From positions 325,027 to 389,026 of the forward strand of contig JADFDI010000001.1 of NCBI GenBank assembly GCA_018262985.1: a stretch of DNA of 64,000 bases. The letters run 5' to 3'. The notes under the pieces are model-generated. The model was not told the DNA's origin, made no database searches, and saw only the letters and a program-made list of their open reading frames with translations. The stretch is from Spirochaetota bacterium (GTDB lineage: Bacteria; Spirochaetota; Spirochaetia; Treponematales; UBA12059). The position numbers and the translations under genes are program-made. Every line of letters begins with the position of its first letter. The stretch's first letter is position 1. Shown in pieces: positions 21,480 through 30,583 of the stretch.

Positions 21480-24400
21480 TCGGAATGGTCCTCGGCCGCC
21501 CGGGCTTTCTCCCCGGCCTCCGACTCCAGCTCGCGCTGGACGGCGGCGAAGGAGCGGACCGAGAGGAAGGCGGCCACCAGGTCAGGATCGCGGATTCGGG
21601 CTTTCTCGTCCTCGAGCAGGCGGAGCGCGACGGAGCGGTTCGCCGCGGCGGACGCCGTATCCAGCAGTCTGGAAGCGAGGTGATAGTACAGTATCGCGTC
21701 CTTGGCGGGCAAGAGCGTGCCCGCCGTGAACAGGTAGCTGGCTTCGAGCAGGAAGAAGCGCGCCTCCTCGGCCCGTCCGCGCGCCAGCATGGACTCGGCC
21801 ATGATGGTCAGCAGGGTGAAGGTCTGCCAGTACGCGGAGTGCCGCAGGCCGGCCACCAGCCCCTCCCGGGCCGTCGTTTCGGCCTTGCGCCGGTCGCCGG
21901 CCATGGCCCGGCAGAGGGCGAGCGTGCGGAGCGCGTCGACGCGGTCGAAATCGTTTCGCACGCGATCGGCGAAGAACTCGGCCTGGCGGAAGCTCTCGTC
22001 GGCCTCGTCGACCGAAGCTCCCGAGCGCAGGGCGAGCGCCAGCATGGCGTGGGCCTGCGAGGCGGCCGAATCGGAGGGTGACCCGGCCGCGAGCAGTTCC
22101 CGGGCTACGGGAGCCATGGCCTTCCAGTCGCACAGCTGCCAGAGCGCCTTGAGCTTGAGGTCGAGGCCCACCGCCCGCCGGGCCGCTCGATCCCCCTCGA
22201 CCCCCGACAGCGCGCGGTCGATCAGGGTCAGGGCGGCCGAGTAGTCGCCCGACAGCAGGAGCAACTCCACGCGCGCGGCCGCCGACTCGAAGGCGTCGCC
22301 GCCTATCACCTGCTCGGCGACGGAGACCAGCCGGTTCGCCTCGCCCGCGTTGCCGCGCAGCATCTCGGCCATGGCGGCGTAGCGGAGCACGTTCTGGACG
22401 CTCCGCTCCCTGCCTCCCGCCGCCCGGTAGTAGCGGAGCGCCTTCTGCGCCGTGAACGCCGCCTTCTGGAACTGGCAGGAAATGGTGTTGTACGCGCAGA
22501 TCTGGTGGTAGGCGAAGCCCATGCAGGCGTCGTCCTTGCGGGCGATGGCGATGCGCATGATGCGGCGCAGTTCCTCCTCGGCCTCGTCGATGCGGCCTGC
22601 GTTGAACAGGATGGCGCTCTTCGTGATCAGGACGCGGACGGCGAGGTCGGCGTCGCGCCGCGCGAGGGCCCGGTGGAGCGGATCGAGGTGCTCGAGGTAT
22701 TCGAGCCGGTAGTTGCGGTCCGGATCGGCCAGGATCAGGTTGGCGGCCTCGGCGAAGCGTTCCGAGCGGCCGAGATGGTTGAGCAGGCGGATGGCGTCGG
22801 GACGCTCGCGCGAAAGCATGATGTCCGCCACGAGGCCGTGCAGGATCTTCTTGTTGTGGTTGAGCAGCGAGGCATAGAGCGCTTTCTTGAAGGGATCGAG
22901 GCGGAAGCGCCAGCGGCCGCCCTCCTCGACCAGCACGCCGTCCGCGGCGAAGCGCGCGAAGGCCTGCTCCACGATGCCTGGATCGCCCCCCGTGCGGCGC
23001 TCGATGACGGCGGCGCTCTCGTGGTCGAAGGAGTGCATGAAGACCGAGAGCTTGAGGAGGAGGTCCCTCCAGCCTTCCGGGTAGCGTTCCACGCGCGAGA
23101 GGAAGATGGTCTGTATGCCCGGGGGCAGCGCCGAGACGTCGCGGCGCTTGCGCGCCCAGGCGGCGTATTCGCGGATGAACAGCGGGTTGCCCATGCCGGC
23201 CTGCAGGAGGCCCGGCAGCAGGCGCTCGGGGCACTCGGGCCAGGCTTCCAGGAGCATGGCCCGCGAGTCGGCGTCGGAGAGCGGTCCGAGCTTGAGCGGC
23301 CGGAAGGACGGGAAGGCTTCGCGCAGCTCCGCGGGGGCCTCCCGGGCGAGCAGGACCGCGAAGGGCTTGACCCGGGCGTTGCGGATCCAGTACGCGAGGA
23401 ATTCCGTGGAGAGGGGGTCGAGGGCGTGCGCGTCGTCGACCACGACCAAGGGCGGGAAGAGGTCGCGCCCGTGCGGGTCGAGCAGGGCCTGGAGGAGGAC
23501 GAGCAGGGCCTGGCTGGCGTCCGGGTCGCGCTCGCGGGGGCTGGCCTCGAAGCCCTCCGCGTCGTCGCGGCCCACGAGGCGCGCGAAGGCCTCCATCGAG
23601 CGGGCATCGGCGATGCCGTGCCGGCGGAGCGCCGAGCGGGCCTCGTCCGCATCGGCGTCCGGCGCGAGCGCGAGGCGGGCCAGCAACAGGTCCACGATGG
23701 CCGCGTAGGGCCGGGACCGGTAGCGGCGAGCGCGGACCGATAGCACCGGGCTCGCGAAATCGGGGAAGGCCCGCAGTTTGGCGACGAAGCTGACCAGCAA
23801 CCTCGATTTGCCTATGCCCGCCTCGCCCGTCACCATGAAGCCGGCGCCCTCCTTGGGGTCGGTCCGGAGGTAGGCCCTGAGGAGCTCGTCGAGCTGCTCC
23901 TTGCGGCCGTGGAGCGGGCCGTCGTCGCGGGGAACGCCGTCCGCGAGGCCCAGCACCGGCCAGGCCTTCACCGTCTCGCTCTTGCCCTTCAGCCTGAGCT
24001 CGAGCGCCTCGCCGAACTGGAATTCGTCGCGGCATTTCTCGGCGACGGCGTCCGAGACCAGGATCGAGTCCGGTGCCGCCGCGGCTTCGAGGCGCTGGGC
24101 GACGTTCATGGCGTGGCCGGTCACCACGTCGTGCTCGCCTCGGCGGCCCGTGGCGGTGAGTCCCGCGTGGATGCCGGTGCGGAAAGAAAGCTCGACGCCC
24201 TTCGGCGCGATCAGCCCCGCGCGGCCGAGGAAGTCGAGGGCGGCGTGGATGGCGCGGGCGGAATCGTCCTCGTGGTGCTCGCTCACCCCGAAGACCGCCA
24301 CCAGGGCGTCGCCGATGTACTTCTCGACCGTTCCGCCGTGCGCCCGGATGCACTCCTCGAAGGCTCCGAAGACCCGGCCCATCAGGGCGTCCATCTCTTC

Positions 24401-24541
24401 CGGATCCATGCGCTCCGACAGCGGGGTGAAGCCCTTCATGTCGGAGAATAGTATGGTCGCGACGACGCGCTCGCCGTCCTTGAGATCGGCCGTGTTCGGC
24501 ATTATGGACGGCAGTCTAGTCGATAGGGGCGGGGCGGGCAA
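21476..24541 (-). CDS. class III adenylate/guanylate cyclase fused to a STAND-type (AAA_16) NTPase and TPR-like repeats
   Basis: 1021 aa. Cyclase core ATILFSDMKGFTPLSE...VEKYIGDALVAVFG...GHAMNVAQRLE, Walker A GEAGIGKS, Walker B LVVVDDAHALD, and a long helical-repeat C-terminus. Alternative start ATG 24502. The stop overlaps the UDG start (ATGA). Confidence 0.85.
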   Translation of the reverse strand: MPAPPLSTRLPSIMPNTADLKDGERVVATILFSDMKGFTPLSERMDPEEMDALMGRVFGAFEECIRAHGGTVEKYIGDALVAVFGVSEHHEDDSARAIHAALDFLGRAGLIAPKGVELSFRTGIHAGLTATGRRGEHDVVTGHAMNVAQRLEAAAAPDSILVSDAVAEKCRDEFQFGEALELRLKGKSETVKAWPVLGLADGVPRDDGPLHGRKEQLDELLRAYLRTDPKEGAGFMVTGEAGIGKSRLLVSFVAKLRAFPDFASPVLSVRARRYRSRPYAAIVDLLLARLALAPDADADEARSALRRHGIADARSMEAFARLVGRDDAEGFEASPRERDPDASQALLVLLQALLDPHGRDLFPPLVVVDDAHALDPLSTEFLAYWIRNARVKPFAVLLAREAPAELREAFPSFRPLKLGPLSDADSRAMLLEAWPECPERLLPGLLQAGMGNPLFIREYAAWARKRRDVSALPPGIQTIFLSRVERYPEGWRDLLLKLSVFMHSFDHESAAVIERRTGGDPGIVEQAFARFAADGVLVEEGGRWRFRLDPFKKALYASLLNHNKKILHGLVADIMLSRERPDAIRLLNHLGRSERFAEAANLILADPDRNYRLEYLEHLDPLHRALARRDADLAVRVLITKSAILFNAGRIDEAEEELRRIMRIAIARKDDACMGFAYHQICAYNTISCQFQKAAFTAQKALRYYRAAGGRERSVQNVLRYAAMAEMLRGNAGEANRLVSVAEQVIGGDAFESAAARVELLLLSGDYSAALTLIDRALSGVEGDRAARRAVGLDLKLKALWQLCDWKAMAPVARELLAAGSPSDSAASQAHAMLALALRSGASVDEADESFRQAEFFADRVRNDFDRVDALRTLALCRAMAGDRRKAETTAREGLVAGLRHSAYWQTFTLLTIMAESMLARGRAEEARFFLLEASYLFTAGTLLPAKDAILYYHLASRLLDTASAAANRSVALRLLEDEKARIRDPDLVAAFLSVRSFAAVQRELESEAGEKARAAEDHSE

Positions 24542-24622
24542 GCGGAGGCGGACCGGAGGGGCGGGGCCGCCGTCCGGGCCGGTTCGCCGAACCGCGCGGC
24601 GGGCCGTCGGGTTTCCCCCGGG

Positions 24623-25924
24623 CTAGGGCAGCAGGAAGACCTGGAGTATCTGGATGACGGGGAAGATGATGCACACGGCGATGAACACGATCTCGAGCAC
24701 GAGGGTGCGGTGCTCCGCCAGGTCGCCCTTGACGATGTCGTAGACGTCCTGCAAGGCCTCGAGGCGGCGCTCGACGCTCCACTTCCAGCCCTCGGTGGAG
24801 AAGATGCCGGCCAGATGGTCGTATATGCGGCTGTAGTAGAAATCGCCGATGATCTTCGAGCTGTTCTCGAGGTTCTCGAGGGTGAACAGGGCGTCGAGCC
24901 GCAGGGCCTGGATGGCCGCGAAGCGGCGCGGCAGGTTGCGGAGGCGCCGGCGCTTCTTCCGGGTGTCGGTGTAGAAGCTCCGCATGTCCTTTTCGGCCAC
25001 GTCGATCCAGCCGTCCAGCATGAGGTCGAGCACGCGCAGCTCGAGCAGCTGGTAGTTCGCGTGCTCGACGATGACCAGGAGGTCTTCGTAGTCGGCCGTC
25101 GGGTCGACGATGGCGCAGCGGTCGAGGTCGAAGACGGCTGCCTCGTCGGAGCGGTAGGCGAAGGGGTTGGAGAGCGTGCGGCGCACCTCGTCGTCGTGGA
25201 GCGGGGTTCCCCAGGTGTCTCCCGAGAGCAGGGTCGCCAGCTCCCGCGCGCGCGAGGCGATGAAGGCGTGCGGCGTCATGCCGGTGTCGCCGAAGCAGAA
25301 GGCCGTGTAGGACTCGCGCTCGGTGCGCTTCAGGCCGTAGTTCTCGAGCGAGACCGCGCTCCGGATGCGCGCCTGGGTCTGGATGAAGCGGGCTTCGGCG
25401 AAATCGGAGATGGTGCGGAGCACGCCGCCGAGCGGGTAGAGGCAGTCCTCGGCGTGGTGCAGTTCCTCGAGGGTGGCCGAGAGGCGGAGGCGCACGATGA
25501 TGGAGACGACGCCTTCGTCGTAGAGCTTGGCCTGGGACCACGCGCCGAGGAAAATGCCGGCGGGCGTGACGGCCCCGGCTTCGGCCGCGCCGCCCGCGTC
25601 CATGTCCATACGCACCGAGGGCGGCAGCACCAGGGTCGGCGGGGCGTCGCGGCGGCGGAGGGGACTCGGGTCGATGCAGACGTCCTCGCCGCAGTCCAGC
25701 TTGGCGAAATCCATGGAGCGGCCGACGTCGAAGAGCTCGAATCGGACGAGTTCGACCGTGCGGCGGGACTCGCCGGCGACGGGAGCGGGAAGGGGAGCTG
25801 CGGCGGGCTGCGCCTGGCGCGCGCCGCGCGGGCGGTTCGCGGCCACGGCGGAGCCGCGCCGCGCGCCCGGCCGCGCGAAGGTCGCCGACTTGGCGCCCTT
25901 CGGCCGTTCGCCCCCCGCTTTCAC
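24623..25924 (-). CDS. DUF155 (RMD1/Sif2-like) family membrane-anchored protein
   Basis: Only the last ~434 codons of track ORF 24623..27004 look coding. I propose the start GTG 25924, which forms a GTGA overlap with the PASTA gene stop. The C-terminal pattern (IIGDFYYSRIYDHLAGIF...W..SVERRLEALQDVYDIV...LVLEIVFIAVCIIFPV, single terminal TM) resembles DUF155. The family call is from memory only. Confidence 0.5.
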   Translation of the reverse strand: MKAGGERPKGAKSATFARPGARRGSAVAANRPRGARQAQPAAAPLPAPVAGESRRTVELVRFELFDVGRSMDFAKLDCGEDVCIDPSPLRRRDAPPTLVLPPSVRMDMDAGGAAEAGAVTPAGIFLGAWSQAKLYDEGVVSIIVRLRLSATLEELHHAEDCLYPLGGVLRTISDFAEARFIQTQARIRSAVSLENYGLKRTERESYTAFCFGDTGMTPHAFIASRARELATLLSGDTWGTPLHDDEVRRTLSNPFAYRSDEAAVFDLDRCAIVDPTADYEDLLVIVEHANYQLLELRVLDLMLDGWIDVAEKDMRSFYTDTRKKRRRLRNLPRRFAAIQALRLDALFTLENLENSSKIIGDFYYSRIYDHLAGIFSTEGWKWSVERRLEALQDVYDIVKGDLAEHRTLVLEIVFIAVCIIFPVIQILQVFLLP

Positions 25925-26934
25925 GGTCGGGCCTCGACGCGGGCCACGTCGCGCCCGAGCACCTGCAGCACGAGGAGGCTCCCCTCTGGCACCAGGTAGG
26001 GCGCCTGGAAGAGCGTGCCGCGGTGCATGACCTGGACGATCGGCGTCCGGACGCCCTCGAGGTCGACCCAGGAGAGCGTCGCCTTGACGGGGTAGGGGTA
26101 CTCGGGCAGCTCGCGGCTGAAAAGCCCGCCCACCATGCCGTCGCGCGCGGCGTAGGAGGTCGCCACGAGCTTGACCACGTCGGTTTCCGGGATCGACGAG
26201 CCGGCGGCCGGCGTCTGGGAGACGACCGTGCCGGGCTTTTCGCCCGCGCGCGGCTCGCGGAGCTCGAAGGCGAACGAGACGCCGGACTTCTCGATCTGCA
26301 GGAAGGCCGCGCCGAGCTCGAGCCCGGAGAAGTCGGGAACCCTGAGCTTTTCGCGCTCGGGTCCCTTGGAAACGACGAAGACGAGCTCGAAGGCGCCCGA
26401 AACCGGAGTGCCCGGAAGCGGGGTCTGCTCGAGGATGGTGCCGGCCGGTTCCGCGGAGAACGAGTAGATCGGCGGCTCGCGGACGGTCATGAGCGGCCTG
26501 CCCGTGGAGAACAGGTTCTGCAGCTCGAGCTTGACGTCCTCGAGGGTGCGCCCCGCGTAGTCGGCGACCGAGTCGATGACCGGTCCCCGGCTGATCGTGA
26601 TGGCGATCCGGCGCCCCGCCTTGACGATGGCGCCCGGTTTCGGCGACTGCTCGAGGACGAGGCCCTTGTCCTTCGGATCCTCGGTATAGCGCTGGGAGAG
26701 CCGCGGGTAGAGCTCCTTCTCCTGCAGCGTGGTCAGCGCGGTCGCCAGGTCCATTCCGTGGAGGTCGGGAACCAGGGTCTGCTCGGCTCCCCGCACGGTC
26801 AGGAAGAAGGCCGCCGCCAGTGCGAGCAGGAGCACGAGGACGAGGGCGACGATGCCGCCGGCGACGTACTTGTAGTACTCGGGATCGATGTCGCGGAGCT
26901 TGGTCAGGTGGAATCGGATCTTCATGGCTCGCAT
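25921..26934 (-). CDS. single-pass membrane protein with three PASTA domains (no kinase or transpeptidase domain)
   Basis: Trimmed to ATG 26934 (MRAMKIRF...). TM helix VAGGIVALVLVLLLALAAAFFL, then three repeats of the V/VPD..G.....A...L......L.........G.V..Q.P..G type (LVPDLHGMDLATALTTLQ; VADYAGRTLEDVKLELQ; RVPDFSGLELGAAFLQIE). Confidence 0.8.
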   Translation of the reverse strand: MRAMKIRFHLTKLRDIDPEYYKYVAGGIVALVLVLLLALAAAFFLTVRGAEQTLVPDLHGMDLATALTTLQEKELYPRLSQRYTEDPKDKGLVLEQSPKPGAIVKAGRRIAITISRGPVIDSVADYAGRTLEDVKLELQNLFSTGRPLMTVREPPIYSFSAEPAGTILEQTPLPGTPVSGAFELVFVVSKGPEREKLRVPDFSGLELGAAFLQIEKSGVSFAFELREPRAGEKPGTVVSQTPAAGSSIPETDVVKLVATSYAARDGMVGGLFSRELPEYPYPVKATLSWVDLEGVRTPIVQVMHRGTLFQAPYLVPEGSLLVLQVLGRDVARVEARP

Positions 26935-26963
26935 TTCCCCGTGCCGGTCGGTTTCGGGGTGGC

Positions 26964-27905
26964 TCAGAGGCCGAGGCGGCTCCCGAGGAGGTCGCGCACG
27001 CCATTGGCGAATTCGCGGAAGGGCAAGGCCTTCCGGGCGCGCAGCTGGAGCCGTCGCAGCGAGAGCAACCCTTTCCCTGTTTGTACCATCAGACCTCGGC
27101 CGCTGTCCAGAGCGAGCACGGTGCCGGGTTCGCGGCCGGACTCCTCGTCGGGGAAGGGACGCGACTCGAGCAGGGCGAGCCGTTCGCCGCGGAGGTAGGT
27201 GAAGGCGCCCGGCCAGGGCTGGAAGGCCCGGATCCGCGCGTCGATCCCGAGCGCGTCGGCGTTCCAGTCCACGAGCCCGTCGTCCTTGCCGAATTCGCGG
27301 CAAAACGTGGCGAGCGCGGGGTCCTGGGGCTCCGGCGCGGCGCTTCCGTCCTCGAGCGCGTCGAGCGCCTCGACGAGCAGCTCCGCGCCGAGCTCCGCGC
27401 AGCGCTCCGAGAGGCCGGCCGTCGTCTCCGTGCCGTCGAGCGGGATGCGCGCGCTGGCGACGACGTCGCCCGCATCGAGCTCGGCCGCGATACGCTGGAC
27501 GCTGACGCCGGTCTCCGCGTCGCGGGCCAGGATGGCGGCGGGAATGGGCGTGGCGCCGCGCCAGCGGGGTAGCAGGGACGGGTGCACGTTGAGGCCGCCC
27601 GCCGGGAAGAGCGCGAGGAACTTCGGTCCGAAGATGCGCCCGTAGGCGAAGGAGACCAGGATATCCGCGCCGAGCGGGGCGGCGAGCTCGCGCGCCTCGG
27701 CTCCGAGCCGGTCCGGCGTCAGCGCCGGGACGCCGGGCAGAACTTCGGCCGCCAGGGCGCCCACCGCGGTCGGCTCGGGCGTTCCCGAGCGTCCTTTGGC
27801 GGAGGGCGGGTTGGTGAGGACGCCCACGACTTCGTGGCGCGAAGCGGCGAGGGCGCGCAACGACGGGACGGCGATGGCGGGACTGCCCGCGAAAAGCACC
27901 TTCAC
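26964..27905 (-). CDS. fmt: methionyl-tRNA formyltransferase
   Basis: GTG 27905 gives VKVLFAGSPAIAVPSLRAL. The body has GGLNVHPSLLPRWRGATPI and a C-terminal Fmt domain. It lies directly downstream of def. Confidence 0.9.
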   Translation of the reverse strand: MKVLFAGSPAIAVPSLRALAASRHEVVGVLTNPPSAKGRSGTPEPTAVGALAAEVLPGVPALTPDRLGAEARELAAPLGADILVSFAYGRIFGPKFLALFPAGGLNVHPSLLPRWRGATPIPAAILARDAETGVSVQRIAAELDAGDVVASARIPLDGTETTAGLSERCAELGAELLVEALDALEDGSAAPEPQDPALATFCREFGKDDGLVDWNADALGIDARIRAFQPWPGAFTYLRGERLALLESRPFPDEESGREPGTVLALDSGRGLMVQTGKGLLSLRRLQLRARKALPFREFANGVRDLLGSRLGL

Positions 27906-27916
27906 CCGGGGACCGC

Positions 27917-28405
27917 CTAGTAGCGCCGGCGCTTTTCGTACTGCGCCAGCACCTTGGCCTTCGCGGCCTCGGGCAGCCGGTCCACGAAGAGCACCCCGTT
28001 CAGGTGGTCGAGCTCGTGCAGGACGACCCGCGCGAGGAGCCCGTCGGCGTCGAGCGTGAAGGGGCGGCCGCGTTCGTTCCAGGCCTGCACGGTGATCTCC
28101 GCGGAGCGCTTGACGTCCGCGTAGACGCCCGGGATGGAGAGGCAGCCTTCCTCGAGCGAAACGATGCGCTCGCCCGTGCGCACGAGCTCCGGGTTCACGA
28201 AAACGCGAGGGACGTCGTCCTCGACCTGGACCACGAAGATCCGCTTGCCGACCGCGACCTGCGGGGCGGCCAGGCCTATGCCGCGACCGACGCGCATCGC
28301 GTCGAACATGCGCTCGATGAAGTCCTTGAGCCCCTGGTCGAAATCCTTGACGGGCTCTGCGGCGCGCGTGAGCACCTCGGCCCCGATGGTGACTATGTCG
28401 AGCAT
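27917..28405 (-). CDS. def: peptide deformylase
   Basis: Trimmed to ATG 28405 (MLDIVTIG...). Three signature motifs are present: GIGLAAPQ, EGCLSIP, HELDHLNG. Confidence 0.92.
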   Translation of the reverse strand: MLDIVTIGAEVLTRAAEPVKDFDQGLKDFIERMFDAMRVGRGIGLAAPQVAVGKRIFVVQVEDDVPRVFVNPELVRTGERIVSLEEGCLSIPGVYADVKRSAEITVQAWNERGRPFTLDADGLLARVVLHELDHLNGVLFVDRLPEAAKAKVLAQYEKRRRY

Positions 28406-28603
28406 TGACCACTCCAGTTCGAAGAAACCGCAGATGAGGTCGCCTGCGCGGAGCGCGGGCATTTGACCTTTCCAATCCGAAAGCGGAGCGAAGCGACGCA
28501 GACGCAGCGGCGCAGAGCGGAAGATGGTGTATCGATACGATGGCGAGGGGCGACGCGCGGAATCAGCCCCCCTGTCAAAATTTACCGTCGGCCCGTCGCG
28601 GGG

Positions 28604-29050
28604 TCAAGGAGCGAGCAGGTCGGAAGGGAGCTCGAAGCGGTCGCCGACGCCGAGTCCGACGCGGGCGAACCAGCCGAGCGGCACTTCGAGGGCGTGTCGC
28701 GCCGAGCGCTCCGACTCTATCACCTCGAGGCTGCCGGCCCGCATGTCGCGGATTTCCCGGATGGTTCCGTCCGCGGCGAGGAAGGCGATCGAGAGGGGTA
28801 TCAGGGTGTCCTTCATCCAGAAGGCCATGCGCCGGTCCGAGTCGTAGACGAAGATCATGCCCCGCCCGTCCGGCAAGGAATCGCGGAACATGAGGCCCTT
28901 CTGCTGCTCCTCCGGCGTCCTCGCGACTTCCGCCGCGAGCTCGACCGCGCCCGAGCGGAGGATGACGACGGGGAGCGCGTCCCCCCCCTCGCAGGAGGCG
29001 AGCGGCAGGGCGGCCGCGAGCAGGATCATGGCGATGGTGAACGATTTCAA
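28604..29050 (-). CDS. DUF192-family lipoprotein
   Basis: TTG 29050 is preceded by GGGAGGAACC. The N-terminus (M)KSFTIAMILLAAALPLASC carries a lipobox. The body GLMFRDSLPDGRGMIFVY...FWMKDTLIPLSIAFL...G.I..I is the DUF192 pattern. Confidence 0.7.
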   Translation of the reverse strand: MKSFTIAMILLAAALPLASCEGGDALPVVILRSGAVELAAEVARTPEEQQKGLMFRDSLPDGRGMIFVYDSDRRMAFWMKDTLIPLSIAFLAADGTIREIRDMRAGSLEVIESERSARHALEVPLGWFARVGLGVGDRFELPSDLLAP

Positions 29051-29154
29051 GGTTCCTCCCCGAGCCCGGGCCGGGCGCGATTCGCGGGCCACAGTATAGC
29101 GCGTCCCGCGCTTGAGGCGGGAGCCCCGGAAACCGGCGCGGCCGCGCGTATACG

Positions 29155-29178
29155 AAAAGCGCTCCCCGGAGGGAGCGC
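29155..29178 (-). terminator. intrinsic terminator after rpsU
   Basis: On the minus strand it reads GCGCTCCC-TCCG-GGGAGCGC followed by TTTT, about 30 nt after the rpsU stop. Confidence 0.7.
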
Positions 29179-29205
29179 GTTCGTTCCGTTTCGGAAATGG
29201 AGGGA

Positions 29206-29421
29206 TCAGTAGCTCTTGCCCTGGCTCTTCCTGGACTTCTTGAGGAGCTTGCGGGCGAGGACCTTTTCCTTGCGGTTCCGGATGGTCGAAGGCTTTTCGT
29301 AGAATTCGCGCTTCTTCCACTCGCGGATGATGCCCTCTTTCTCCACCAAACGCTTGAAGCGCTTGATGGCCTTTTCGAGGCTTTCGCTCTCGTCGACGAT
29401 GATCTGGCTGATGGTTATCAC
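29206..29421 (-). CDS. rpsU: 30S ribosomal protein S21
   Basis: 71 aa with a GTG start. [40 protein letters not shown] is typical of S21. Confidence 0.9.
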   Translation of the reverse strand: MITISQIIVDESESLEKAIKRFKRLVEKEGIIREWKKREFYEKPSTIRNRKEKVLARKLLKKSRKSQGKSY

Positions 29422-29443
29422 CCCCTTTCGCGTCGAGGCCGGC

Positions 29444-29473
29444 AGTATATCCGCCGGGCGCCGGGCGAGTCAA
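29444..29473 (-). promoter_or_regulatory. sigma70-type promoter candidate for rpsU (TTGACT-N18-TATACT)
   Basis: Read on the minus strand, about 22 nt upstream of the GTG start. Confidence 0.45.
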
Positions 29474-29557
29474 GCGATCTGGACCGCGCGGCAGACCCCG
29501 GATCCGGGTCGCCGGGCCGGTCCGCCGACGCGAGGGAAGTGCGGTTCTCCCGGGGCG

Positions 29558-30499
29558 TCAGGGCTTGCGGACCAGCGCCTCCGGGTCGCAGGCCGTGCCG
29601 TTGACGCGGAGCTCCCAGTGCAGGTGCGGTCCCGTGGAGAAACCCGTGGATCCGACCGTGCCGAGCGCCTCGCCCCGGAGCTTCGAGTCGCCCGTCGCGA
29701 CGCCGAGCGAGTCCATGTGCATGAATATGGAATAGACCCCGGGCAGATGCTCCAGGATGACCGTATTGCCGGTCAGGACGCGGAACTCCGAGAGGACTAC
29801 CTTGCCGGGTCCGGGCGAAAGCACGGGCGTGCCCGTCGACGCCCCGAAATCGATGCCGTAGTGGGCGCTCTCTCCCGCGGGCTTGCCGGCGGGAGAGAGG
29901 TAGCGGCGCCGGTCGCCGAAGCGCGCGGTGACGCGGATGCCAGCGAGGGGCCAGGCGAAGTCGGGGCTGTGCAGCAGCTCCGGCGCGTGGACGCCGGCCT
30001 GGTCGAAATTCCCCAGCGCCCGCTGGTAGCGGACGGCTTGTTCCTCGCGCCGCGGGTCGGGGTCGTCGCGGGCGGCGCTCGCGGCGGCAGTCAGGCGGAC
30101 AGTGCTGATCCGGAAATCGCGGGGTAGCACGGCGATAGCCTTTTCGGCGAGCGGGAACGCGTCCGGAAGGGCAAGGAGCTCGAGGCGGTACGCTCCGGGC
30201 GCGAGCGTGTCCGCCAGGCCGAGCGCGAAGGCGAAGTCCTGGGGACGCCCGGGCAGCGCGAAGGAGCGGGCCCGGGCTTTCGCGCTGCCGTCGGCGGCGA
30301 GCAGGCGGAGCTCCCCCGAGAAGCCGGGCTCGAGGCCGAACCAGGTGGCGAACACCGGATCGCCGGGGCGCGCGGCGTCCGGGGCGAGCAGCCAGGCGCC
30401 CTCCGCGCGTTGGGTGGCGGATAGCGGAACCGTCGGAGCGGCGAGGGCGAAGAGCGCGGCGATGACGAGGCTGGCCGCGGCGTGCGTCGTTCGGACCAT
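29558..30499 (-). CDS. secreted M23-family (LytM-type) metallopeptidase
   Basis: Trimmed to ATG 30499 (MVRTTHAAASLVIAALFALAAP signal). The C-terminal catalytic block is HYGIDFGASTGTPV...GNTVILEH...GSTGFSTGPHLHWEL. Confidence 0.85.
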   Translation of the reverse strand: MVRTTHAAASLVIAALFALAAPTVPLSATQRAEGAWLLAPDAARPGDPVFATWFGLEPGFSGELRLLAADGSAKARARSFALPGRPQDFAFALGLADTLAPGAYRLELLALPDAFPLAEKAIAVLPRDFRISTVRLTAAASAARDDPDPRREEQAVRYQRALGNFDQAGVHAPELLHSPDFAWPLAGIRVTARFGDRRRYLSPAGKPAGESAHYGIDFGASTGTPVLSPGPGKVVLSEFRVLTGNTVILEHLPGVYSIFMHMDSLGVATGDSKLRGEALGTVGSTGFSTGPHLHWELRVNGTACDPEALVRKP

Positions 30500-30547
30500 G
30501 GGGGGAATGTAGCCTCGGCGGAAGGCGACGGGCAAGGCGCCCCTTTT

Positions 30548-30576
30548 TTGACGGACGCGGGCCGGGCGCCTAGACT
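30548..30576 (+). promoter_or_regulatory. sigma70-type promoter candidate (TTGACG-N17-TAGACT) ending 7 nt before the PP2C start codon
   Basis: Read directly. The spacing implies a leaderless or near-leaderless mRNA. Confidence 0.4.
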
Positions 30577-30583
30577 GAAAGGC

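Noticed and set aside
24623-27004. 793-aa ORF fusing the DUF155-like gene with upstream sequence; likewise 25921..27303, 26964..28475, 28604..29473 and 29558..31336
   Set aside because: The N-terminal parts are shadow frames of the upstream genes. They were trimmed to starts with an SD or start-stop coupling that give sensible N-termini (signal peptides, conserved motifs).
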